From: Candidatus Limnocylindria bacterium
Lineage (GTDB): Bacteria > Chloroflexota > Limnocylindria > QHBO01
NCBI GenBank assembly: GCA_041499395.1
Contig: JBGQKH010000003.1
Coordinates: forward strand, 1 to 52,474
Reading direction: 5' to 3'
DNA length: 52,474 nt
Made by a program: the position numbers and the translations under genes. The notes under the pieces were generated by a model. It ran no database searches and was not told the DNA's origin. It was given only the letters and a program-made list of their open reading frames with translations. Positions within the stretch are counted from its first letter, which is position 1. Each line of letters starts with the position of its first letter. Shown here one piece after another: positions 34,267 to 44,606 of the stretch.

Positions 34267-35358
34267 ATGCGGATCCTGCATTTCGCCGACCTGCACCTCG
34301 ACGCGCCGTTCGCCTGGGCACGGCCGGAGACGGCGCGGATGCGGCGGCGCAATCGACGGGAGACGCTCACCCGCATCCTCCAGCTGGCCGACGAGGAGCG
34401 GGTGGACGCCGTGCTCGGCGCGGGCGACCTCTTCGAGCACGAGCGCTTCACGCCGGACACCGTCGCCTTCCTGCGCGAGAGCTTCGCCCGGACCGACCGG
34501 CCGATCTACCTCGCGCCGGGCAACCACGATTGGTACTCGGCGCGGAGCCCTTACGCGATGGTCGAATGGAGCCCGAACGTCCACCTCTTCACCGAGGCGA
34601 GCCTGACGCCCGTCCCCCTGGCCGAAGGACTGACGCTGTGGGGAGCCGCGCATCGGGCCCCCGCCAACACCGGTTCCTTTTTCACCGATTTCACGACGGA
34701 TCGTGGCGGCGTCCACCTGGCGCTCGCCCACGCCTCCGAGCGGAGCGCGCTGCCCTTCCAGGAGTCGGGCAAGGAGCTGCACGCCCCCTTCGACGCGGCG
34801 GAGCTCGAGGCGGCCGGGATCAGCCACGCCTTCCTGGGGCATTACCACGTCGCCCGTGACCGCGAGCGATACACCTATCCCGGCAACCCGGATCCCCTTT
34901 CGTTTGGTGAGTCCGAGGGGAGGGGCGTGGTGCTCGCCACGATTGCGGACGACGGGACCGTGGAGCGGGAGCGGCGCTCGGTGGCCGTCAGCCAGGTGCA
35001 CGACATCGTGGTCCCGCTCGACGGCTGTCACCACGTCGATGACGTGCTTCAGCGCGTGGCGATGGCGATCACCGGCCTCACCGGGTCCGTGCGGCTCACG
35101 GTCAGTGGCGAGGTGCCCGCGGAGCTGCCGGTCGATCCCAGGACGCTGCTTCCCCTTGGCGAGCACCTCGACGGATTCGTCGTTCGCACCAACCAGGTCC
35201 TTCCCGCCTACGACCTCGAGGCGATCGCCGCCGAGATGACCGTGCGTGGCCAGTTCGCCCGCGACGCTCAGGAGATCGCCGACGACGATCGGCGCCGCAA
35301 GGTACTGGTCACCGGGCTTCGGGCGCTCGAGGGCCGGTCCGACCTGGAGGTGGCCTGA
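34267..35358 (+). CDS. Mre11/SbcD-like metallophosphoesterase nuclease (YhaO-like)
   Basis: HFADLH, AGDLF, PGNHD, LAH, LGHYH, YPGNP motifs. Confidence 0.92.
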   Translation: MRILHFADLHLDAPFAWARPETARMRRRNRRETLTRILQLADEERVDAVLGAGDLFEHERFTPDTVAFLRESFARTDRPIYLAPGNHDWYSARSPYAMVEWSPNVHLFTEASLTPVPLAEGLTLWGAAHRAPANTGSFFTDFTTDRGGVHLALAHASERSALPFQESGKELHAPFDAAELEAAGISHAFLGHYHVARDRERYTYPGNPDPLSFGESEGRGVVLATIADDGTVERERRSVAVSQVHDIVVPLDGCHHVDDVLQRVAMAITGLTGSVRLTVSGEVPAELPVDPRTLLPLGEHLDGFVVRTNQVLPAYDLEAIAAEMTVRGQFARDAQEIADDDRRRKVLVTGLRALEGRSDLEVA

Positions 35359-35361
35359 CCG

Positions 35362-37857
35362 ATGTGGATCGAGCGTGTCATTGCCCGTGCCTTCGGGCCG
35401 CTCAGCGACGAGACCCTCGAGCTCGGGCAGGGGATGACCGTCATCAGCGGACCGAACGAGGCCGGCAAGACGACCTGGCACGCCGCGCTGCGCCTCGCCC
35501 TGACCGGCGTTCGCCGCGGGCCGGGCCGCACCAAGGAGGTGGCGGGTGTCATCGAGCGCCACCGGCCCTGGGATACCCCGGAACGATGGGAGGTCGAGGC
35601 TCGCCTCCACCTCGCCGACGGGCGAACCGTCGACATCTCGCAGGATCTCGCCGGTCGCGTCGCCTGCCGGGCGCGTGACGTGGTGCTGGGTGACGACCTC
35701 TCGAGCGAGATCATCAACGACGGGACGCCCGATGCCAGCAAGTGGCTCGGCCTGGACCGTGAATCGTTCACCGCCGTCGCGGCGGTCAACCAGGCGCAGA
35801 TCATGGCGGTCGCCGACAGCGCCGCCTCGCTCCAGGACCAGATGCAGCGCGCGGCCGCGACGCGCGGAACGGACGCGACCGCCGCCGAGGCGATCGAGAA
35901 GCTGAAGGCCTTCCGCAGAGAGGCCGTCGGGGCGGTGCGGGTCGGCGCAACCGGCCCGCTGTGGGCGGCGATGCGGGAGCACGAGGGCGCCGACGCGGCC
36001 GTCGCCGAGGCGCGCCGCCTCCACGGCGACTACCTGGATCGCGAGGCTCGCCTTGAGGACGCCGCCGCCGACCACCTGGCGGCGGAGCGCGCCCTCGCCG
36101 TCGCAGAGGCGGCACGGGCACTTCGGAACGCGACCAGCCTGGCAGCGCGCGCCGAGCGCGCGGCGCGCCTCGCCGCTGTCCACCCGACCCCGCCCCCACC
36201 GCTTGCTGCCCGCGATGAGCTGGCGGACGAGGTCGCGGCCGCGCTCGACGCGTGGCGCCGCCGCCCCGCGCCGATGCAGCTCGTCGGCCCGACGGCGGCC
36301 GAGCTGCGAGTCCAGCTCGACGCACTCCCCGCCGTTCCCGCCGGGGATCGGCGTCCCGATCGCTTGGTCACCGACGCGCTTCGGGCGCTCGACCTTGCGG
36401 ACGAGGCGCTCCGACTGCACCAGGAGCGCACACCGGTGGCCATTGCGGCCCCAACTCCCCGGGGCGCTGCGGCCGCGCGAATCCCGCTCCTCGGTGCAGC
36501 CGGCGCGGCGATCGTCGGCGTCTTCGCCATCGTCCTCAGCCTGCCGCTGCCCGGGATCGTCCTGCTGGCGGCGGCGATCGGGATCGCCGCGTGGGCGATG
36601 CGTCGCTCTGCGCCTCCCACTCAGGATCGCTCCTCGTCCCTGGCCGACTGGGAGCGGGCCGCCACCGGCCTGCAGGATGCCATCGCTCGGGCATCCGACG
36701 CGCTGCGAGAAGCGCTTCGCCAGCGCGGGGCTGCCGCGGACGGAGAGCTTCGTCCCGCGGTCACTTCCTATGAGGCTCAGTGCGCGGAGCGCGAGGATCT
36801 CGCGCGTGGCGCCGCCGCCGCCGAGGGGCTTCGTCGCGCGATCGAGGCGCGGGAGTCGGCCGAGGATCTCGCAGCGAATGCTCGGGCAGCGGCTGCGGCG
36901 GTCGAAGCCGGCCTTCGAGATGCCGGTCATCGCATCGGGCAGGCTGAGGCCGGCACTCCGGATCAGCTGGTCGCGAGCCTTGCGGCCTGGCAGGCGGAAC
37001 GTGAGGCCGCGACCCGAGCGAGCGAGGTCGCGATCCGAGAGTGGGAGGAGCTGAGCGGGCTGCTTGCCGGGCGGAAGCTGGCCGACCTTCAGGGCGAGGC
37101 CGAGCGCGCCGCCGCGGCAGCGGCAAGCCTTGCGGCGGCCGCCGGAGAGGACGCTCCCCTGAGCGCTGCAGGCGACACCGAGGCGACGGTTGCCGCCGCG
37201 CGGTCCGCCGCATCGCGGGCGAAGGAAGTCGTCGATGCAATGGGCGGCGAGCTGCGCCTCCTGGCCAGTACCTTGCCTGACGTGGCCGAGAGCGAGGAGC
37301 GCGCCGACGCCGCGAAGATCGAGCTTGCGCGGGTGAAGGACCTCGCGGCAGTGATCGACGAGACGCTCGCGCTGCTGGAGGCGGCCGAGCGCCGCGTCCA
37401 TCGCGACCTAGCGCCGATCCTGACCGCATCGGTCCAGCGAAACCTGCCCGCGATCACCGGCGGTGCCTACGTCGAGGTCGGGATGAATCCGCGCGACCTG
37501 TCGGTCGACGTCAAGGAGGCGCGGACGGGCCAGTGGCGCGACGCGCGGCTCCTCTCTGAGGGGACCCGCGAGCAAATCTACCTCCTCCTCCGCGTGGCGA
37601 TGGCCGAGCACCTGGTCGCTCCAGGCGAGATGGCGCCGCTCCTTCTCGACGAGGTCACGGCGCAGGCGGACAGCGAACGGAAGCATCGCGTGCTCGACGT
37701 CCTCCACGACCTGAGCGCGGACCGGCAGGTGATCCTCTTCAGCCATGACGACGAGGTGCTGGCCTGGGCCGCCGACTCGCTCGCGGAGCCGCGGGATCGG
37801 CTCATCCGGCTCGGGACGCCGGTCAGCTCGCCTCTGCCAGGAGCAGCCGTCCGCTGA
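35362..37857 (+). CDS. SMC/Rad50-like ATPase, YhaN-like, with internal hydrophobic segment
   Basis: Walker A GPNEAGKT, coiled coil, signature LSEGTREQIYL.LR, Walker B LLLDE, QVILFSH. Confidence 0.88.
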   Translation: MWIERVIARAFGPLSDETLELGQGMTVISGPNEAGKTTWHAALRLALTGVRRGPGRTKEVAGVIERHRPWDTPERWEVEARLHLADGRTVDISQDLAGRVACRARDVVLGDDLSSEIINDGTPDASKWLGLDRESFTAVAAVNQAQIMAVADSAASLQDQMQRAAATRGTDATAAEAIEKLKAFRREAVGAVRVGATGPLWAAMREHEGADAAVAEARRLHGDYLDREARLEDAAADHLAAERALAVAEAARALRNATSLAARAERAARLAAVHPTPPPPLAARDELADEVAAALDAWRRRPAPMQLVGPTAAELRVQLDALPAVPAGDRRPDRLVTDALRALDLADEALRLHQERTPVAIAAPTPRGAAAARIPLLGAAGAAIVGVFAIVLSLPLPGIVLLAAAIGIAAWAMRRSAPPTQDRSSSLADWERAATGLQDAIARASDALREALRQRGAAADGELRPAVTSYEAQCAEREDLARGAAAAEGLRRAIEARESAEDLAANARAAAAAVEAGLRDAGHRIGQAEAGTPDQLVASLAAWQAEREAATRASEVAIREWEELSGLLAGRKLADLQGEAERAAAAAASLAAAAGEDAPLSAAGDTEATVAAARSAASRAKEVVDAMGGELRLLASTLPDVAESEERADAAKIELARVKDLAAVIDETLALLEAAERRVHRDLAPILTASVQRNLPAITGGAYVEVGMNPRDLSVDVKEARTGQWRDARLLSEGTREQIYLLLRVAMAEHLVAPGEMAPLLLDEVTAQADSERKHRVLDVLHDLSADRQVILFSHDDEVLAWAADSLAEPRDRLIRLGTPVSSPLPGAAVR

Positions 37858-37890
37858 TCGAGGCCCCTGCTGCTAGGATTCGGCCGGCCG

Positions 37891-38610
37891 ATGCCCAACG
37901 ACCGGCTCCCAACACCCGAACGTGTCCTGGTCGTGGCCGCGCACCCCGACGACATCGAGTTTGGCGCGGCCGGGACGGTCGCGCGCTGGGTCGGGGAGGG
38001 GGCCGAGGTGCGCTACCTGCTGCTGACCCGTGGCGACAAGGGGAGCGACAATCCGGCCGCCGATCCCGTGGCCCTGGCCTCGCTCCGTGAGGACGAGCAG
38101 CGGTCCGCCGCCGAAGAGATCGGCGTCACCTCGGTCGACTTCCTCGGCGAGCCCGACGGGCAGGTTGAGCCGAGCCTTCGACTCCGCGAACGCATCACGC
38201 ACGCCATCCGCGCCTTCCGCCCCGAGATCGTGATGAGCCACGACCCGACGGTCCTCTTCGTCAACAACGAGTGGGTGAACCACCCCGACCACCGCGCAGC
38301 GGGGACGGTGGTGGTCGACGCGGTCTTTCCCACCGCGCGCGACCCGCTCAACTTTCCCGAGCACATCGCCGCCGGCCTCGCCGCTTGGAAGGTCGCGGAG
38401 CTCTTCCTCTGGAGCACCAACGAGGCGAACCAGCTGGTCGATATCGGGGCGACGCTTGAACGCAAGATCGCTGCGCTGGCGCACCACGCCAGCCAGTTCC
38501 GCGACTTCCCGGAGACGGCACGCTGGGTCCGGCGCGGGGCAGAGGAGCTCGGGGAGCGAGCCGGCTACCCAGCCGCGGAGGGCTTCCGACGGGTGATGCT
38601 GGCCCGATGA
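37891..38610 (+). CDS. PIG-L/LmbE-family deacetylase
   Basis: AAHPDDIE, T.GDKG, R..EQ..AA, HPDHR, H.SQ. Confidence 0.92.
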   Translation: MPNDRLPTPERVLVVAAHPDDIEFGAAGTVARWVGEGAEVRYLLLTRGDKGSDNPAADPVALASLREDEQRSAAEEIGVTSVDFLGEPDGQVEPSLRLRERITHAIRAFRPEIVMSHDPTVLFVNNEWVNHPDHRAAGTVVVDAVFPTARDPLNFPEHIAAGLAAWKVAELFLWSTNEANQLVDIGATLERKIAALAHHASQFRDFPETARWVRRGAEELGERAGYPAAEGFRRVMLAR

Positions 38611-40583
38611 TGCTGCCGCGCGGACGGGCGCGCGGTCCTGCGCGAGCCACCGCCTGGCTGGTCGCGGTGGCGATGCTCGCCTCCTTCGCCTCGCCGGCCA
38701 TAGCGTCCAGCCCAAGCCCGAATCCCTCCGGCTCGGCTCCGGCGGTGCGCCCCGTCGCCCCTGCCGCGGCTGCCGCGGAGGCGGCGCGGATCTTCGTCGC
38801 GACCTGGCGGTCGCAGCAATACGCCCAGATGGCGCAGCTGGTCGCTCCGGCAGATCGCGCGCACAACAGCCCTGCGGCGATCGCCTCGCTGCTCCAGCAG
38901 TTCGACGATCTCGCCGGAGTCACCTGGATCGACGCGAACGTTGGCACGCCCATCCCCAGCTCGGCCGCGCCCGATGGCGACGGCATTGGGCCGCAGCCCG
39001 CCTTCGCGGTCCCGGTCAGCCTCTCGATCGAGACGAACCTGTTCGGCACCGTCGCGGTCTCCCGGACGCTCATGCTCACCGCGGGCTCCGACGACTGGAC
39101 CGTGCGCTGGCGCCCCTCGCTCCTCTTCCCGCAGCTCGGCGAGCAGGCCACCCTCGAGATCAAACGAAGCGAGCCAGCGCGAGGCCGCATCCTTGCTGCA
39201 GACGGAAAGGTCTTCGCCGAGACGCGTGCTGACGGGATGCGGGTCTACCCGCAGGAGTGGCTCGCCGGCCAGACGATCGGCTACGTCGCGCCGGTCACGA
39301 AGGGCGAGCTCGCCAGCCTTCCGCCGAGCGCCGACTACCTGGTCGGCGAGTCGCTCGGACGCTCGGGCCTCGAGCAGGGGGCCGAGCCGCTGCTGCGCGG
39401 CTCACCCGGGCTCAGCCTCGTCGGGAACCTCGCTGACGGGGAGATGGTCCCCCTCCTCGTCCGGCCGATGGTCCCCGGCGCCGATGTGACGACCACCCTC
39501 CGGCCGACCCTCCAGGCCACGGCCGAGGCCGCGCTCACCGGTCAGAGCGACGCCGGCACCGTCGTGCTCGACCCGAAGTCGGGCGACGTCTGGGCGCTGG
39601 CCTCCATGCCGCGTTTCGACCCGAACTCCATGACGATCGGCAAGACGCTCTCCGGCCAGCCCCTGGCCCGCGCGAAAGCGTCAGACGTGCTGAATCGGGC
39701 CGTGCTGGCAGCATACCCGGCGGGGTCGTCGTTCAAGCCATTCACCCTGATCGCCGCCTTCGAGACCGGGGTGGCCGCCGCTGCCACGAGGATGCCCTGC
39801 CTCGGCACCTGGACCTACGGTGGCTTCACGTACCACAACTACCGTGACCACTTCCTCGGCCCGACTGTCTCGCTGGCGCAGGCAATGGCATTCAGCTGCA
39901 ACACGACGTACATGCCGCTCTCGATCCGGGTCTGGGAGAAGGATCGGACGGCCCTGACCGATTTCGTCACCGCTTTCGGCTTTGGGCGATCCACCCGCAT
40001 CACCCATCTGACCGACGCGCCTGGCATCCTGCCCGATGCGCACTACTACGCCACAACCCCGCGCTCGGGGACGCGCTACTCGCCCTACAGTGCCGTGGAC
40101 CAGATCCAGCTCGCGATCGGACAGGGGAGGTTCGAGACCACCCCGCTACAGCTGGCGAACGCCTACGCCGCCTTCGCAAACGGCGGGACGCTCTGGAGGC
40201 CGCGGCTCGTCACCCAGGCGACGCTGCCGGACGGCACGATCCTCGAGCAGGACCAGCCGCTCCCTATGCGTCGGATCGACCTCAAGCCGGAGACACTCGA
40301 CTACCTCCGACAGTCGCTCCGCGCCGTGGTCTCCCTCCCGATCGGCACCGCGTATGTCGCCTTCTCAGGGTTCGGCCACGAGGTTGCGGGGAAGAGCGGC
40401 ACGGCCGAAACTGGCACGCCGTACCCCGACGCGTGGTTCCCCGCCTTCGCGCCTGTCGGCAGCGCGCAGATCGTGGTCGCCACCGTGCTGGTGCACGTGG
40501 TCATCGGGACCGGCGGGTCGGACACCGCCCCGCTCGTCCGTCGCGTGCTGGCGAAGTACTTCGCCAACCCCAACCTGCTTTGA
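38607..40583 (+). CDS. Class B penicillin-binding protein (NTF2-like N-terminus, dimerisation and transpeptidase domains)
   Basis: RGRI, G.SGLE, SxxK (GSSFK), SxN (SCN), KSG(T), IGQG. Confidence 0.9.
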   Translation: MMLPRGRARGPARATAWLVAVAMLASFASPAIASSPSPNPSGSAPAVRPVAPAAAAAEAARIFVATWRSQQYAQMAQLVAPADRAHNSPAAIASLLQQFDDLAGVTWIDANVGTPIPSSAAPDGDGIGPQPAFAVPVSLSIETNLFGTVAVSRTLMLTAGSDDWTVRWRPSLLFPQLGEQATLEIKRSEPARGRILAADGKVFAETRADGMRVYPQEWLAGQTIGYVAPVTKGELASLPPSADYLVGESLGRSGLEQGAEPLLRGSPGLSLVGNLADGEMVPLLVRPMVPGADVTTTLRPTLQATAEAALTGQSDAGTVVLDPKSGDVWALASMPRFDPNSMTIGKTLSGQPLARAKASDVLNRAVLAAYPAGSSFKPFTLIAAFETGVAAAATRMPCLGTWTYGGFTYHNYRDHFLGPTVSLAQAMAFSCNTTYMPLSIRVWEKDRTALTDFVTAFGFGRSTRITHLTDAPGILPDAHYYATTPRSGTRYSPYSAVDQIQLAIGQGRFETTPLQLANAYAAFANGGTLWRPRLVTQATLPDGTILEQDQPLPMRRIDLKPETLDYLRQSLRAVVSLPIGTAYVAFSGFGHEVAGKSGTAETGTPYPDAWFPAFAPVGSAQIVVATVLVHVVIGTGGSDTAPLVRRVLAKYFANPNLL

Positions 40584-40662
40584 CACCGGCTCTCCGCGAC
40601 GGATACCATCGCGGCGCCGCTGACTCGCTTCGGCAACTCGTGGTGGAACCCGCTCTGCGACG

Positions 40663-42642
40663 ATGCCAGTGATCTCCGCAAACGCCATCCCGCTCAGGTT
40701 CCAGACCGCCGAAGTCGGCGTCGACTGGCTCCAGTGCAACATCGAGTGCCAGGAAGGCTGCCCGGTCAATACCAACTGCCGGGGCTACCTGATGCTCGCC
40801 GCTGAGGGGCGCTTCGAAGAGGGCTACATCCTGGCCCGCGACCCGAACCCGGTCGCCGCCATCTGCGGCTACGTGTGCAGCGCCCCGTGCGAGAAGGCCT
40901 GCCGCCGCGCCGATATCGACAAGCCGCTCTCGATCCGCGCCATGAAGCGCTTCCTGGTCGACTGGCACTACGGCAACAACATGCCCGACAACGTCGTCGT
41001 TGCGCCGCCGACGGGCAAGAGCGTCGGCGTCATCGGCGCCGGCCCGGCGGGACTCACCGTCGCCAAGGAGCTCGCCTCCTACGGGCACCAGGTCCACGTC
41101 TACGAGGCGCTCCCGTCGGGTGGTGGCACGACCCTGATCGGCGTGCCGGCGTTCCGGCTGCCGCGCGACGTGATCGAGCTCGACGTGAACTGGGTCGCCA
41201 AGCACGGGGTCGAGTTCCACTACAACGTCGAGGTCGGGCGCGACATCACCCTCGACCAGCTGCGCGAGCGGCATGACGCGGTGGTCGTCTCGGCCGGCTG
41301 CATGTACCCGGTCGCCATGAACATCCCCGGCGAGGAGCTCGATGGCGTGATCTACGGCGTCGACTTCCTGAAGCGCGCCAACCTGGGCGAGGAGCAGTGG
41401 GTCGGCGACCACGCCGTGATCGTGGGTGGCGGCTACACCGCGATGGACTCGGCGCGCACCGCGCTGCGCATCGGCGCCAAGACCTCGACGATCGTCTACC
41501 GTCGCGGCCCCGAGGAGATGGTGGTCGACGAGGAGGAGCAGCACGAGACCCGCTTCGAGGGGGTCCGCTTCGAGTTCTTCAGCTCGCCGGTCGAGGTGGT
41601 GAGCGACAGCAAGGGGCACGTCTCGGGGATCACCTTCCAGCGGACGCGCCTCGGCCCGCCGGACGCCAGCGGCCGTCGCAGCGCCGAGCCGATCCCCGGC
41701 AGCGAGTTCACGCTCGCCTGCGACATGGTCATCCCGTGCACCAGCCAGGCCTCCGACAACAACGTCCTGGGCGAGTACGGCGCCAAGCTCAACCGCCACC
41801 TTGGTGTGACCGATACCCGCGAGTTCGTGCCAGGCGGCTCGATCTCGTCATGGCGCACGGCGCCGCTCAACGGCACGACCCCGCTCGGGCCCGATGGCAA
41901 GAAGTACAACGCCCTCAAGTTCGACCTGGCGCGCGGCTACGTCGTCGCCCAGGCGGACACGTTCCAGACCAACGTCGAGGGGATCTTCGCCTGCGGCGAC
42001 TTCGTGACCGGCCCGGCCACGATCATCGAGGCGGCCGGGCGTGGCCGCCGGACGGCGCGTGCGGTCGATCGCTGGCTCGGCGGCGTGCGCGGTGCCGAGC
42101 TGGAAGAGCTCCCGGTCATCAACCGCGCCGTGATCACCCAGGCCCTCGAGCACGATATGCCGGACAAGTACGAGGCGATCGAGCGCCAGCACATCCCGAT
42201 GGCTCCGCCGGAGCTGCGTCGCGACTTCACGAGCCTGGTGGAGGTCGGCTACGACACCCGCTCCGCGATCACCGAGGGACAGCGCTGCCTCCAGTGCAAC
42301 CACAACATCAACATCGACGGGCCGCGCTGTATCCTGTGCGGGCTCTGCGCCGACGTCTGCCCCGAGGGCGTGATCTACATGATCGACAAGGCGCAGGTCG
42401 GCGGCGACGACCCGGAGATCGACCTCTTCCAGACGTGGCCGCGCGGGATTGCCATGATCATCGACGAGGAGCGCTGCATCCGCTGCAACCTCTGCGTCGA
42501 GCGGTGTCCGACCAACTGCATCACGATGGATCGGCTCGAGCTCGAGCGGATCACGCCTGACGGGAAGGTGCTCTTGGAGAGCTACAAGGACAACGTGCTG
42601 GGACAGATCGGCCAGCAGGCCGGCGTGGCGGTCCAGCGATGA
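40663..42642 (+). CDS. NAD(P)-dependent flavo-iron-sulfur oxidoreductase, GltD/NfnB/DsrL-like, with C-terminal 2x[4Fe-4S] ferredoxin domain
   Basis: CQEGCP and CGYVCSAPCEKACRR, FAD motif GAGPAG, GGGYTAMD...YRR, FACGD, RCLQC, CILCGLCADVCP, CIRCNLCVERCP. Confidence 0.92.
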   Translation: MPVISANAIPLRFQTAEVGVDWLQCNIECQEGCPVNTNCRGYLMLAAEGRFEEGYILARDPNPVAAICGYVCSAPCEKACRRADIDKPLSIRAMKRFLVDWHYGNNMPDNVVVAPPTGKSVGVIGAGPAGLTVAKELASYGHQVHVYEALPSGGGTTLIGVPAFRLPRDVIELDVNWVAKHGVEFHYNVEVGRDITLDQLRERHDAVVVSAGCMYPVAMNIPGEELDGVIYGVDFLKRANLGEEQWVGDHAVIVGGGYTAMDSARTALRIGAKTSTIVYRRGPEEMVVDEEEQHETRFEGVRFEFFSSPVEVVSDSKGHVSGITFQRTRLGPPDASGRRSAEPIPGSEFTLACDMVIPCTSQASDNNVLGEYGAKLNRHLGVTDTREFVPGGSISSWRTAPLNGTTPLGPDGKKYNALKFDLARGYVVAQADTFQTNVEGIFACGDFVTGPATIIEAAGRGRRTARAVDRWLGGVRGAELEELPVINRAVITQALEHDMPDKYEAIERQHIPMAPPELRRDFTSLVEVGYDTRSAITEGQRCLQCNHNINIDGPRCILCGLCADVCPEGVIYMIDKAQVGGDDPEIDLFQTWPRGIAMIIDEERCIRCNLCVERCPTNCITMDRLELERITPDGKVLLESYKDNVLGQIGQQAGVAVQR

Positions 42643-43373
42643 CCTTCCCCGGTCCGGGCGACCTGATGCGGGTCGTCAAGGAGTCGGCGCTGTGGCGAAG
42701 CCTCTTCCGCCAGCCCTACCCGACCACCAGCCGCACCCGCGCGCTGGCGGTGATGAACAACGTCTTCCTGCACCTGCACCCGGTCCGCGTCAAGAAGCAC
42801 GCCGTCCGCTACACCTACACGTTCTGCCTTGGCGGGGTCAGCTTCTTCCTCTTCCTGGTGCTCACCGTGACCGGCGTCTACCTCATGTTCTTCTACGTCC
42901 CGTCGGTCACGCGCGCGTATCAGGACATCCTCTCGATCGAGAACTCGGTCGCCTTCGGATCGTTCGTGCGGAACATGCACCGCTGGGGCGCGCACCTCAT
43001 GGTGCTCACCGTCTTCCTGCACATGATCCGGGTCTTCTACCACGGCGCCTACAAGCCGCCGCGCGAGTTCAACTGGGCGATCGGGGTGATCCTCCTCTTC
43101 TGCACCCTCTGGCTCAGCTTCACCGGCTACCTCCTGCCATGGGACCAGATCGCGTTCTGGGCGATCACCGTCGGCAGCCAGATGGCGACCTACGCGCCGC
43201 TGCTCAGCAAGGAGTCGAGCTTCATCCTGCTGGGCGGCGTCGAGGTGGGGCAGGGGACCCTGATCCGCTTCTACGTGATGCACGTGATCGCCTTCCCGCT
43301 GATCACCGCCATCCTGATGGTCGTCCACTTCTGGAGGATCCGGAAGGACGGCGGGATCTCCGGCCCGGTCTGA
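42639..43373 (+). CDS. Cytochrome b6-type subunit of a Rieske/cytb complex
   Basis: Four heme His (MHRW...LHM and MHV...VHF, 14 residues between the second pair), TGYLLPWDQ..FWA, heme ci Cys in FCLGG, C-terminal GISGP. Confidence 0.93.
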   Translation: MTFPGPGDLMRVVKESALWRSLFRQPYPTTSRTRALAVMNNVFLHLHPVRVKKHAVRYTYTFCLGGVSFFLFLVLTVTGVYLMFFYVPSVTRAYQDILSIENSVAFGSFVRNMHRWGAHLMVLTVFLHMIRVFYHGAYKPPREFNWAIGVILLFCTLWLSFTGYLLPWDQIAFWAITVGSQMATYAPLLSKESSFILLGGVEVGQGTLIRFYVMHVIAFPLITAILMVVHFWRIRKDGGISGPV

Positions 43374-43377
43374 GCCG

Positions 43378-43992
43378 ATGACGATCGAGAAGCGCCCGAA
43401 CGCCACCGCGGACAAGAACGCGCCGACGCAGGCGCCGCGGGTCCCTGCCGTCGAGCGCGGGGGCGGCCCCAAGCTCCCCGGCCCTCCCGGCGTTCCGGGC
43501 ACGGAGCGCTTCCGCCTCCTCGCCTACGTCAAGCAGGAGTCGATGGTGCGCGTCGACAAGCGCCCGGACGAGACGGTCCTCACCTGGCCGCACCTGCTCC
43601 GCGCCGAGTTCCTGATGGCGACGCTGATCACCGTCCTGCTGGTGGTGGCCTCGACCTTCATCTCCGCGCCGCTCGAGCAGATGGCCAACGCCGGGGTCAC
43701 GCCGCACGTGGCGAAGGCGCCGTGGTACTTCCTCGGCCTCCAGGAGCTGCTCAGCTACTTCAACGCGACCGTCGGTGGCGTGCTGCTGCCGACCCTCTAC
43801 CTCGTCGGCCTGGCGATCATCCCGTATGTTGACCGCTCGCCGTACAAGGCCGCGCGCGACCGGAAGACGATCTGGGTCTTCTTCCTGGCGCTCATGCTCG
43901 GCGGACTGCTGATCACCCTCATCGGCTCATTCTTCCGCGGCCCCGGCTGGAACTGGGTCTGGCCGTGGCAGGGGATCTACTTCACCCTATGA
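43378..43992 (+). CDS. Subunit IV (split cytochrome b C-terminal part) of a Rieske/cytb complex
   Basis: WPHLL, APLE..AN...TP, KAPWYFLGLQELL, IPYVDR. Confidence 0.9.
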   Translation: MTIEKRPNATADKNAPTQAPRVPAVERGGGPKLPGPPGVPGTERFRLLAYVKQESMVRVDKRPDETVLTWPHLLRAEFLMATLITVLLVVASTFISAPLEQMANAGVTPHVAKAPWYFLGLQELLSYFNATVGGVLLPTLYLVGLAIIPYVDRSPYKAARDRKTIWVFFLALMLGGLLITLIGSFFRGPGWNWVWPWQGIYFTL

Positions 43993-44603
43993 GCCATCTG
44001 CCGACCTACGGCGAGGTGCCCGGCCGCCCCGTCGGCGAGATGAGCCGGCGCTCGTTCATGCGCCGCGTCTTCTGGGCCGGCACGGGGCTGCTCACCATCG
44101 AGTTCCTGGCGGGGACCGTCAACTTCCTGTGGCCCAACGTGCGGACCGGGCTGGGCGGCAAGTTCACCCTTGGCAAGGCCTCCGACATCGCGGGGACGCA
44201 GGCGAGCTGGACGCAGGGTCAGCCGTACGCATTCGGCAAGGCGCGCGTCTTCTTCATCAACGTGCCGGCCGCCAAGGCGCTCGTCAACGGCGGCGGCGGG
44301 ACCGTCGCGGACCCCGGGGCGGACGTCCTGGCCCTCTACCGCAAGTGTCCGCACCTGGGCTGCAACATCCCGCCGCTCTGCGAGAAGAGCCACTGGTTCG
44401 AGTGCCTCTGCCATGGCAGCAAGTACAACATCATCGGCGAGAAGCGCGCCGGCCCGGCACCTCGCGGCATGGACCGCTTCACGGTGACCGTCACTGCCGG
44501 CACCTACGTGATCGACACCGGCGTCATCGAGGCCGGACCGCCGATCGGCACCGCGACCTTCGACCCGCGCAATACCGCCGACATTCCCCACTGCGCCGCC
44601 TGA
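43989..44603 (+). CDS. Rieske [2Fe-2S] protein with Tat signal anchor
   Basis: SRRSFM twin-arginine motif, CPHLGC, CLCHGSKY, GPAPR. ATGA overlap. Confidence 0.93.
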   Translation: MSHLPTYGEVPGRPVGEMSRRSFMRRVFWAGTGLLTIEFLAGTVNFLWPNVRTGLGGKFTLGKASDIAGTQASWTQGQPYAFGKARVFFINVPAAKALVNGGGGTVADPGADVLALYRKCPHLGCNIPPLCEKSHWFECLCHGSKYNIIGEKRAGPAPRGMDRFTVTVTAGTYVIDTGVIEAGPPIGTATFDPRNTADIPHCAA

Positions 44604-44606
44604 CCG

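Noticed and set aside
34252-37401. 1049-aa minus-strand ORF and other long overlapping ORFs (e.g. 7877..10150, 31026..33485, 46698..48761)
   Set aside because: Shadow frames of well-supported genes in high-GC DNA; Arg/Gly/Ala-rich with no recognisable motifs.
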